Part shown: positions 12,004 through 23,694 of the stretch, one piece after another
Layout of the letters: each line of letters begins with the position of its first letter
Numbering within the stretch: position 1 is the stretch's first letter
Source of the DNA: Octopus sinensis
Lineage: Eukaryota
Length of the DNA stretch: 64,000 nucleotides
Direction: 5' to 3'
Assembly: GCF_006345805.1 (NCBI RefSeq)
Contig: NC_043006.1
Span: forward strand, 11,470,001-11,534,000
Position numbers and translations under genes: made by a program
Notes under the pieces: generated by a model
Databases searched by the model: none
Seen by the model: the letters and a program-made list of their open reading frames with translations, nothing else
What the model was told of the DNA's origin: nothing

Positions 12004-12784
12004 TTAAGACCAGACAACAATACACAGTAGACATTTTCTTGTTGTTTAACCCCAAATCAGTCCTGAACTAAGCAGATCTATGATCAAAGGCTTTCTAACC
12101 ATGACCATCCCATTGTTCTATCGAGCTTTGCGCAAATATACTAAATAACTAGATTGTCCGATATATTCTTCCCGCTTGAAAAAGGGCATGATATAATTTG
12201 AAAGAGCTTTAGCCGCCAGTTTCGAGGGTCACCGCATAACTATTCGGCACCTGGCCCAAGAAGTGAAGTAGGGTCCATGGAAAAAAAATCATTCACAACC
12301 ATTTGAACCCGTGGAAGTTGCTCACACATTTTCAGAAATAGGAACGAGCTAATTGCTTCCAGGCTCTTTTGGCAATGTGCCAAGAAAACGAGGAGGACTT
12401 TTCAGCAGACTGCGGAAATGACTCTAAAGATTCATCTGTAATTCGGACGAATGAGCTCCAGAAGCGATCGTCGGAACACGGTATTTCTTCTAACATGTAA
12501 CCCAAAATTCCTTTCAATGCCTATTACTGTACCATATTTAACGCCTTTCCGAAATCCTAATTTATCGTAACTTTTTCTATCTCCATTTTGAAAAGTGGTT
12601 ACATGCCGCGGCCATTAGAGTCTGACGAACCGTCAATAAGGCCCAGGGCTTTATGGAAGCGAAACCATTGGTCAGTCTATCACCTACCATATTGTTAACT
12701 TCCCAAAGATACATTACTGCTCAAACGGTTAGAGGGTGTTTCTTTTTCGGATATATAATCTACTGACGACACACACAACATATA

Positions 12785-12867
<83 letters not shown>

Positions 12868-12956
12868 ATATATTATATATATATATATAATATATATATA
12901 TATATACACACACATACATACACACATATATATACACACACGCACACAACACACAC

Positions 12957-12990
<34 letters not shown>

Positions 12991-13243
12991 ATCTTCTACA
13001 TAGATAAAGATATTTTCTAAGTCTGGTTGCTTTCCCTCCACAAAACGGAAAGTTACATTGCGGAACAGTCATTTTAACGAGTTATATCTATTTATCATCC
13101 AACGAGATGCATCTGCACCACCGGATGCTCCTGAACCAGTTGTTGAGTGTCCCACCCAAGAGAAGTTGATACTAGATGTGTCGAAACAACTGTCGTGATA
13201 AATAATAAATTCTCGTTTATTCCGCACATCTGTCTATTTTATT

Positions 13244-13322
<79 letters not shown>

Positions 13323-13325
<3 letters not shown>

Positions 13326-14121
13326 ACAAAGTGTACGTACGCCGCTATATATATATATATAATAAAATACAAAATGGGACAAGAACGCAAAACATCCGGA
13401 CAACTAGCTGATACAAAAAGGGACAACAAAACACCCAGATAGACGATACAAAGAAAACAAGGACAGGTCATTCAAAGTGTTCTATCTTCAGTCAAGAACC
13501 AGATTATCCTCGCAATTTCGGCTGATTATTCTTGAGATTGCCCCAATCTGGCCAGCCCCAAGGAAAAACTAAGCTAAGAGCATTAGATTCCTTGGAAAAA
13601 AACATCGAATGTATACAAAATAGACAATGTTACACAAATATAAATACAATAAAATAATAACAGGACATAACAACAGGTGTCTCTCGACTAAGGACGAATT
13701 GAATTAAGCTGGCGCGTGTGGAAATGATGCTTTACGGCAGAGATACAAAAGTTTCACAAACGCAGGGAAGAATATCAATGTTGCACGGACCACGGTCAGA
13801 CCCAGAAAGAAAGAGCGAGCAGTCTGGCCGATCGGTCACGTGGGAAGAGAAGAGAGAGAAGTAGAAGTAGAGGGACAGAAGAATTAAGGAGGGGCGAGAA
13901 AAAATGCCAGGGATGCAGTGAAGTGAAAAGTGGAGGGAAAGTGAGTAAGAAGGGAAGGCAAAGAAATGTGAGAGAGGGAGAACGAAAGAACGAAGAGTGG
14001 AATGAACGAATAAGCGTGAAAGGGTTGATAGAAATAGAATCGTGCAAGATTTTGTAAAATGTGTACTTACATATAAGAGAACAAAGTGTACGTACGCCGC
14101 TATATATGTATATATGTATAT

Positions 14122-14172
<51 letters not shown>

Positions 14173-14195
14173 CAAAATGGGACAAGAACGCAAAT
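13323..14195. repeat. Element bounded by ~70-bp direct repeats containing (TA)n (13323-13392 and 14077-14195)
   Basis: GAGAACAAAGTGTACGTACGCCGCTATATA...AAAATGGGACAAGAACGCAAA occurs twice; class uncertain (possibly Penelope-derived). Confidence 0.5.
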
Positions 14196-14665
14196 ACACA
14201 CACATTTTTTCTGGCTACTTTTTTATAATACTCTTTTTTAATTCTTTTTATATCTTATTGACCACCCAATTAGATAAATTTTATTAGAAATATTATGTTT
14301 GATGTGTCTGAAATTACATGAAGAACAAGGGTATTCGTGAAAATCTGGGTAGTCACAGACAAGAAAAATTGTTTTAGTATTTATATACGATATATACAAA
14401 CCCGTTTTGATTTAGAATCTTTCTTTCAAAATATAGTTGTAGGGTAAAATGAACACGACACAAAGATACAACGATGGAAGATGCAAAGGTGCAGGCGAAG
14501 TTGAAGACTAGAGAAACGTGCTCAAGCTCACTTTCGCAAAGTGCTAAAAGAAAAGACGCACTCCCATAGTCAACGTTACCGTCTGGTGGGAAACACGATC
14601 ACACACTCGCACGCACGCACGCACACACGCACGCACGCACGCACGCACGCACGCACACACGCGCG

Positions 14666-14717
<52 letters not shown>

Positions 14718-15161
14718 ATCAATCAAACAGAGGTGATTCGCTCACATATTTCCATAGAGATTATTTGTTTTGCCAACGCAGTTTCCTCAGGTGTTGCCGT
14801 TTTGTTAAGCAGTTAATTTATTTTTTAATTGTTAATTTCTATTCCTAATGGGAACTGATAATTTATTTTAGTCAATAAATTTACTCTCTCAAACCTGGTT
14901 CATTTCTTTACAGGAAAAGCAAACAAACAAAACAAAACAAAATTGCTGTTTTTTGTCTCATAATTTCAAATCGTTCATGCGGCGAAGTGATAACAACATG
15001 GCACTATCGCACGAAAAAACTGTAATGGATACGATCAGGATTTTTAAAAACTACCATTTTGAAAAGAACCTCTGGAAGTTTTCACGTAACATATAAAAAA
15101 AGGAAGGGAATGTACAATATGACTTTTCACAAATTTTAATTACTGATGGTTCTGTTGAATA

Positions 15162-15557
15162 TCTTTATATATAAAAGTGAGGTTGTGTGCTGTCTGTCTC
15201 CTACGATTTAGATTCCTAACTACTCTCACATTTTGCGGTGCAGTTTAACCAAAACCGGGTATCTTATAGTCGTGATTCATATCGAGCCCTTCTGGGTATT
15301 AGCGCGCGTCTACGATGAGTCAACGATTTTAAAAATAATTTACCATCAATTTTTCCCATTTTTAATGCATTTTTGCCATATATAAGGGAAGTAACTCTCT
15401 AAAAATTTATTATTAAATCTCAGAACGTAAAAAGCTACAGTAACCCCCCCCCCTTGTGGTTAGCCATATCGAGATGGCTATTATACTTTACATCTCTAAA
15501 AATGCTTATATAGTTATTTCCTTTACAAACCCGAGCAACGCCGGGCGATACTGCTAG
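15162..15557 (+). mobile_element. Non-autonomous Helitron
   Basis: A|TCTTTATATATAAAAG...CCCGAGCAACGCCGGGCGATACTGCTAG|T. Confidence 0.9.
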
Positions 15558-16027
15558 TAAGAAATAAATTGTTTTGATAAATAATCAACTGAAGAGAGAG
15601 AATACGACAGTCAATATATTTCTGTCGCTCCTACAGAAAATCTTTAATTTGTCAGGTTAATAGAATGAATTAAATTGACAAATTATTCACTGAAAAATAT
15701 CTGGTTTTGATTGAAAGAGTTTGTTTAATAAGATTATTAAGCAATTTTACGCATGCTTATTGATAGCAAGCAAAATACATTGCCGAATTGAGAAAAAAAA
15801 TCTCAGCAGTTTCTGTTGAATCGTCGGCTGGTGCTATAAGCCGTACAACACAAACGTGAAGCGTCTTGTAAAGTAATTTTTGTTACATTTGTTTCGGTTT
15901 CATTTTCTCAAGAACAGCGCAACCAGCCAATAAAAACGCCCTCTGGTTTGCTTCTATTACTTAACTAAATTAACCGATGAATTTCTATTTTTGAAACGGA
16001 TACTTGGTTACCAGAAATTCTCTTTAT

Positions 16028-16418
16028 TCTCTTTTACTTGTTTCAGTCATTTGACTGCGGCCGTGCCGGAGCACCGCCTTTAGTCGAGCACATAGACCCC
16101 AGGACTTATTCTTTGGAAGCCTAGTACTTACTCTATCGGTCTCCTTTGCCGAACCACTAAGTTACGGGTACGTAAACACACCAGCATCGGTTGTCAAGCG
16201 ATGTTGGGGGGACAAACACAGAAACACAAACATATACACACACATACATATATACGACGGGCTTCTTTCAGTTTCTGTCTACCAGATCCACTCACAAGGC
16301 TTTGGTCGGCCCGAGGCTATAGTAGAAGACACTTTCCCAAGGTGCCACGCAGTGGGACTGAGCCCGGATCCATGTGGCTGGTAAGCAAGCTACGTACCAC
16401 ACAGCCACTCCTGCGCCT
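16028..16418 (-). mobile_element. tRNA-derived SINE family B (CORE-like centre)
   Basis: Head GGAGTGGCTGTGTGGTA, CCTTGGG.AAGTGTCTT motif, tail GACTGAAACAAGTAAAAGAG; many copies in the window. Confidence 0.85.
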
Positions 16419-16580
16419 ATGTTCTTAATGTTCTTAATCAATTTGGTTCTCTGGTCCACTGCTTTTTATTATCAGAAAAATCTTCGATCAAGCAAAGTGT
16501 TTTTTTTACACTGTGCGAAGTAACGAAAATTCAAAACTGCAGCATTTTTAGAGAACTGCTTACAATAAATAAATTGTAAA

Positions 16581-16976
16581 TCTTTATATATAAAAGTGAG
16601 GTTGTGTGCTGTCTGTCTCCTACGATTTAGATTCCTAACTACTTCCACATTTTGCGGTGCAGTTTAACCAAAAGCGGGTATCTTATAGTCGTGATTCATA
16701 TCGAGCCCTTCTGGGTATTAGCGCGCGTCTACGATGAGTCTACGATTTTAAAAAAAATTTACCATCAATTTTTCCCATTTTTAAAGCATTTTTGGCATAT
16801 ATAAGGGAAGTGACTCTCTAAAAATTTATTATTAAATCTCAGAACGTAAAAAGCTACAGTAACACCTCCCCTTTGTGGTTAGCCATATCGAGATGGCTAT
16901 TATACTTTACATCTCTAAAAATGCTTATATAGTTATTTCCCTTACAAACCCGAGCAACGCCGGGCGATACTGCTAG
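16581..16976 (+). mobile_element. Non-autonomous Helitron, near-identical to 15162-15557
   Basis: Same termini, inserted between A and T. Confidence 0.9.
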
Positions 16977-17346
16977 TGTATAATAAAAGAATTTAGTGTT
17001 TGCACTCTGTAATTTCGTTGTATTCTTATTCATTGTTTGCTGACAAGGAAAAGCGATGCAACGAAATGTTGAAAATTTTTCTATCTTGTATAACCTTGAA
17101 TGATTGAGAGGGAAAGATAAATCCGATATTCCGGGCTAAATCAACAAAGCTGGTACCTGAACCACAATATACAAATGAGTCAGGTTCTGCAATGGCTGAC
17201 TTCATTTGGTGAAACAGGTACAAATGTCTTTCCAATTATTGCTGATGAATATACCGAAACATGCAACAAGGGATAACAAATAACTAAAGTTTATATATTC
17301 GTTGGATTGACATGCGAGCACATTGGTGGCCAATGAGAAATGTTTC

Positions 17347-17441
<95 letters not shown>

Positions 17442-17495
17442 GTGAATGGAAGAAATGGAGCTGAACGAAGATTCTACAGAATTCCTTTTATTACA

Positions 17496-17575
17496 TTCTA
17501 CACATGTTTCAAAGGCCACAAATTTCCAAATTCTGATTGAATAAGGATACCATATTGCAGCTTTCTCTTCAGGAA
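17496..17575 (-). ncRNA. Mirror copy of the hammerhead ribozyme in the inverted arm
   Basis: Reverse complement of 21179-21257 with one extra base in the stem II loop. Confidence 0.75.
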
Positions 17576-18230
17576 AATCCAGGAATTACGATGTCCAAAC
17601 AAAACAAAGGCGCAGCAAGCAACTCGAACAAGAACGCTCCCTAGGAGCCCATGAAGTGGGTTAAACTGTTTCTAATGTACGTTGAAATCGGGGGGTTGGT
17701 GGAGGCCGACAAAAAAGTCCGTTGGAATAAATCAAGGTCAGGCCGCGGTCAAATCTGGTAGGTGAGGAAATAATGAAAACAAGGGGTGTGAAGATATTCT
17801 GTGTAACCAAAGTTAATGCTCTGAATATTTTAAGAATTCAGGGTGTCTTATTTAGGTGCGAGAAACTACCTACCTACATGCATGTGTGTGTATGCAAGCC
17901 TATGTATGCGTGGCCGTATGGTGGCGAGGAGCGCGAGATAGTGAGCACTGCTGAAAGAAGCCGGTCAGGCGGCTGAAATAATTCTGTGTTCGTGTGTCCG
18001 TCAGTGGCCTGCTTGTCTAAATTAACCTCGTCAAAAATCAGGGGCGTGTAATTCCTGCCCTTGCTTCTAAAAAACCGACCAATCGCCCAAGGGGAGTAAC
18101 TTCCCCTTGCAAAATTTATTCAGAGGTTTTTTCCAAAAAATTATTTCAAAGATTTTTTCTTTTATTAGGATATCGAGGTGTTAATTGTATTAGGTATCAA
18201 TTATATGTAAGAAACGTATGACGCCGCCAA

Positions 18231-20557
18231 AGTTACCCATTAGACAGTACTTAGATTTACTCGGAAAAGAGATCAAGAAGAACTATAGAACAACAAATTG
18301 GAACACACTGAGAAAAGTAAACTTGGAGATTAAGAAAATAATGTTTAATTACGGAATTCAAATGAGAACACAGCCGCTTAACCCTAAACAACCTAGATTC
18401 ATAGTGAAGGACCACAAACCAAATTTCTACACCAACCCAGCGTTAAGACTCATATGCCTTGCTAGTTCCGACATCGGGACCATCAGTAAGTGTATTTTAG
18501 ATAAATATATCCCTAGTTTAGTCAATAAGCTGAAGCTTAGCCTCTGGGCGAACTTCTCGCAGGTCGTGAAGTGGTTCTCTTCTATCCCTAATAAGAACCG
18601 TACTAGGTTTATTCAGTTTGATATTGCTAGCTTCTACCCCTCGATTAACCCTAGTGTACTTAATAAGGCCCTGTGGCATGCACATAATAAGGCAGGCCTC
18701 ACTAGAGAAGAAATTGATATTATCCTAGTTGCCAGAAAATCATTTATAAATTTTGAAAATAAGTTGTGGATTCGTAAAGATACTCCCAACGAGTTCGATG
18801 TGTGCCTATGGTAGTTCAGATAGCGCGCAGATAGCCGATTTGGTCGGAATCTATATTCTCTACGAATTATCCGACCAATTCCCGGATATTGGATGCGGCC
18901 TATATCGTGACGATTGTCTGTTTTACCTGCAAAACACCACGAACAGAATCGTACAGAAAACTAAAAATAGGTTAGCTAGGTTCTTCAATAGAATGGGCAT
19001 GAATATAGTTTTTGATAATGAACTTACTAAGGCTAATTTCTTAGACGTCACACTAAACCTCCATAGCGATTCTTACTGCCCTTACCATAAGCCTTCCAAT
19101 AATTTAAAGTATGTCAGTGTCTTCTCGAATCATGCCAAAACTATAACAGACAATTTGGTTAAAAATATCTCTCTAAGATTGACTAATTTGTCCGCTAGTG
19201 CCGACATTTTTAGGCAGAAAGCGGAATTTTATAACGCCGCACTGTCTAAAGCCGGTTATAGGCAGAAGGTAGTATATATAGATCCAGCCCTTCCGATGCC
19301 ACCATTCGGTCATCAGGATAGGGCAGTCTACAATAACATAAATAATTTAAGTAGTGATGGAAGCGGGGGGGGGGTCGGAACAAGTACTTCTGGAGTTAAT
19401 TTGGGGAACATAGATAACTTACGGTCCAGGGGAGACCATACTAAACCAAAACCTTTTATTCAACCTAGAAACACCCACCTTAATGTCAGAGCTGGCTCCC
19501 CGTCTCATTACAAAAATAGGAATAAACATATTTGGTTTGTAATTCCCTTTGGTAAGCAAATTAGAACTAATCTACCCCTGCTGTTTCGCCAAGCCATTGC
19601 CAGTAACTTCCCCAGAAATTCCAAATATTACGCCACAGTTAACTCACACAAAGTTAGGATAGCTTTCTCTAACACAAAAAACCTTTCCCAGATAATTGCC
19701 TCCCATAATAATAGGCTGCTTATTAAGACCCTATCACCCTCGTCCGGAGGCGCAGCTCCGTCTAATTCCAGATTAATGCGCAGTAGGAATAATAATAGTA
19801 GTAATAATGATAATAGAGCCAGCACAGAGACTGGTATTCTCCATACCATCCAGGGAGTAAATAATAGGATTAATGATAGAAGAAATGGTGATGACACTAA
19901 CGTTAGTAATGGTAATAGGGAGGAGAGCGCAGTTCGGGTCATTAATGTAGAGAGTCCTAATAGTAACTTTAGCAATGTTTCCGACATTAGTAGGTCCACG
20001 GATATTAGCAATCACAGCGTTCTCAGTGATAGGGAATACACAGGGGATAGTCCGTTAAATAGTATTGATAACGAGAAGTATAATGTAGTAGGCTGCCGCA
20101 GTTCTCACAGTCATTATAGTAATAAGAACGCAGTATTATATCAGAAGCAAATCCCAATAGAATAGGTTTTTGTCTAGTAATTCCAAGATTAGAAATGCCA
20201 ATTACCAATGCAAGTTTACGCGGATTCGGATGTCTACTTGTATGTCGGAGCTTCATCGTCAAAATGGCCGTGAGAATATCGAACCACTTCACAACATTTC
20301 GCGACGTTAATAAACATCAAGCGACACGACTTAGTAAACTTATCTGGAGTTTGAAGAACGCGAATTCAGCATTTAGACTGGAATGGTCGATTTTATCGGT
20401 GTCTCTTCAGTTTGATAGAGGCAGAAGGATATGTAATCTTTGTAACTCTGAACTTTTCCACATATTGTTCGCCAGAGGCCGTTTGGTAAACGGGCTTTTA
20501 CAGACTGCTTTTCGATGTCCCCATTGGCGGCGTCATACGTTTCTTACATATAACTGA
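18231..20557 (+). pseudogene. Frameshifted Penelope-like RT/GIY-YIG ORF
   Basis: Track ORFs 18218-18814, 18753-20165 and 20195-20557 join through small indels near 18800 and 20150-20270. The 18218 ATG lies inside the inverted arm and is not the real start. Confidence 0.85.
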
Positions 20558-21178
20558 TACCTAATACAATTAACACCTCGATATCCTAATAAAAGAAAAA
20601 AATCTTTGAAATAATTTTTTGAAAAAAACCTCTGAATAAATTTTGCAAGGGGAAGTTACTCCCCTTGGGCGATTGGTCGGTTTTTTAGAAGCAAGGGCAG
20701 GAATTACACGCCCCTGATTTTTGACGAGGTTAATTTAGACAAGCAGGCCACTGACGGACACACGAACACAGAATTATTTTTCAGCCGCCTGACCGGCTTC
20801 TTTCAGCAGTGCTCACTATCTCTCGCGCTCCTCGCCACCATACGGCCACGCATACATAGGCTTGCATACACACACATGCATGTAGGTAGGTAGTTTCTCG
20901 CACCTAAATAAGACACCTGAATTCTTAAAATATTCAGAGCATTAACTTGGTTACACAGAATATCTTCACACCCCTTGTTTTCATTATTTCCTCACTACCA
21001 GATTTGACCGCGGCCTGACCTTGATTTATTCCAACGGACTTTTTTGTCGGCCTCCACCAACCCCCCGATTTCACGTACTTAAAAACAGTTTAACCCACTT
21101 CATGGGCTCCTAGGGAGCGTTCTTGTTCGAGTTGCTTGCTGCGCCTTTGTTTTGTTTGGACATCGTAATTCCTGGATT

Positions 21179-21257
21179 TTCCTGAAGAGAAAGCTGCAAT
21201 ATGGTATCCTTATTCAATCAGAATTTGAAATTTGTGGCCTTTGAAACATGTGTAGAA
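21179..21257 (+). ncRNA. Type I hammerhead ribozyme at the 3' end of the Penelope-like element
   Basis: TTC-CTGAAGA-(G)AAAG...CTTT-GAAA-C ATGT G-TA-GAA; AATAAA follows at 21261. Confidence 0.75.
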
Positions 21258-21515
21258 TGTAATAAAAGGAATTCTGTAGAATCTTCGTTCAGCTCCATTT
21301 CTTCCATTCACTAATTATATTTAACTTCAATTATCCGCGCCAACGCACGGTTGCAACACCCTATGGTCATAACTCCAACCGTGTTTTTTCTGCTGTGATT
21401 TTTGCTACCCAGATATCGGTTAAACTTTTGAATAATCCGTAACAAGATAATTCATCTTTCCATTTCAACAAACATATATATATATATATATATACATACA
21501 TACATATATACATAC

Positions 21516-21551
<36 letters not shown>

Positions 21552-21579
21552 ACATACATACATACTACATATATATATA

Positions 21580-21621
<42 letters not shown>

Positions 21622-22012
21622 TTGATTTGGAAACCCCACTAGAATGGGAGAAAGCGCTAATGATCTAAGTGATATGATATATATGTAAAAAATGTAATAT
21701 ATAAATAATATCTGTAATATAAACCTTCCGTTCTTCTGATTACCTCATTTCTTCTAATATATATACATGTATATATATGCATATATATATATAAATCTTT
21801 AAATTGTTTCAGCTTCAAAGTTGCGGTCATGCTGGGGGATAGGCGTGGCTGTTTGGTAAGAAGTTTGCTTTCCAACCCCATGATTCCAAGTTTAGTCCTC
21901 CTACGTGGCACCTTGGCCAACTATCTTCTACTATAGTCATGTGCTGATAAAAGCCTTGTGAGTGGATTTGGTTGACGGAACTGAAAGAAGCCCGTCGTGT
22001 GTATATAATATA

Positions 22013-22105
<93 letters not shown>

Positions 22106-22677
22106 ACAAACGGAAAACAGACACAGAAGTCACCAAATCCTCATCGGTTACCGGCCAGAGGGTCAAACGCAATTTCGTGCCTTCAACGATAATATTGATC
22201 GACTCTGATGACACCGATAGCAAAAAGCCGCCGGGAAATGACAAACTAGCGAGCAAAGTACCAAGCATGATAGAAAGTGAACAAACACACAAGGAATAAA
22301 CAAATATGCAATACAGAAAGTGAACAAACAAGCATGAAATAAATGTGATAAATTGATGAGTCCATTTAGTGGACGGACGAGCAACAAAGATGAAAATAAA
22401 CAAGACGAAATGTGGATATGGGAACAGACTGAAATAAATAAACAGAATACGGCCCTAGGGCGAGACAGGTGACGGAAATATGGTTAATGCCAGGAGGAAT
22501 GTCCTAGAGGATTAGAAACGGAAGGACAACAGAAGGACAGCGAAACGGGTTGAAAGGTTGAAAGCGTGAGACGAGAGAAAATACGACCAGTCACCTCGGC
22601 TGTCGGTGTGAATGTTTGCTCATTTTCTGTTATGTTTTGTCTCTTGATCCTTGGCTCGCTATTTCCCAGTGTGTGTG

Positions 22678-22713
<36 letters not shown>

Positions 22714-22769
22714 GTATACATACATACATACATACATACATACATACATACATACTACATACATATATT

Positions 22770-22903
<134 letters not shown>

Positions 22904-22918
22904 TGTATGTATGTATGT

Positions 22919-22956
<38 letters not shown>

Positions 22957-22968
22957 ATAATATTATTG

Positions 22969-23000
<32 letters not shown>

Positions 23001-23043
23001 GTATATATATATATATATGTATATAGATATATATATATATATA

Positions 23044-23086
<43 letters not shown>

Positions 23087-23099
23087 TATATATATATAA

Positions 23100-23390
23100 C
23101 AAATTTGACAAATATATATATATATGTAAAACAAATTTGACATTGACGCAGATAAGCAATTTGATGTTGATAGAGAAAACCAGTTTGATGTTGACGGAAT
23201 TATGAATATCATATTAACGGAGAGAAACCAGTTTGACATCGACGGAGAAACCTAGTTGACAGAGAGACGTTGACGGTTTTGACGTTGACGAAGGGAACCA
23301 GTTGACGGAGAGAAACAGTTGACGGAGAGAACCAGTTTGACTGACGGAGAGAACCAACTTGACGTTGATGGAGGAAACCAGAGAATTAGA
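23100..23390. repeat. Diverged ~24-bp minisatellite (GTTGACGGAGAGAAACCAGTTTGAC)
   Basis: About ten imperfect copies visible. Confidence 0.7.
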
Positions 23391-23532
23391 ATTGATAGAA
23401 AATTAGCTTTGCACAGGCAGTTCTATATTTATATGTCTATCGATAAGGTGTATGAAATAAAACTGTCCAATATATTTCTAATTTACAGTTTTACACATTT
23501 ATCCACGTATTAATGTATTATCATACATGTAC

Positions 23533-23617
<85 letters not shown>

Positions 23618-23632
23618 CATACCAACTTACCA

Positions 23633-23692
<60 letters not shown>

Positions 23693-23694
<2 letters not shown>

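Larger units (their letters stand above)
17432..21320 (+). mobile_element. Penelope-like retroelement (Naiad-type RT plus C-terminal GIY-YIG), 5'-truncated, with an inverted copy of its 3' end at the 5' side
   Basis: RT motifs KDHKPNF, FIQFDIASFYPSI, MGSSD, GLYRDD, FLDVTLNL; GIY-YIG region YQCKF...YLYVGASS...RISNH...CNLC, read across frameshifts. Arms ~17432-18230 and ~20524-21320 are reverse complements; the left end abuts (TA)n. Confidence 0.92.

Noticed and set aside
17240-17270. CTGATGA...CCGAAACATG motif
   Set aside because: Lacks a pairing stem II and an NUH cleavage triplet.
20085-21320. Selenoprotein-type Naiad (in-frame UGA plus SECIS)
   Set aside because: No TGA occurs in the Cys-motif region before the GIY-YIG domain; the only TGA is the terminal stop, and no convincing SECIS was seen.
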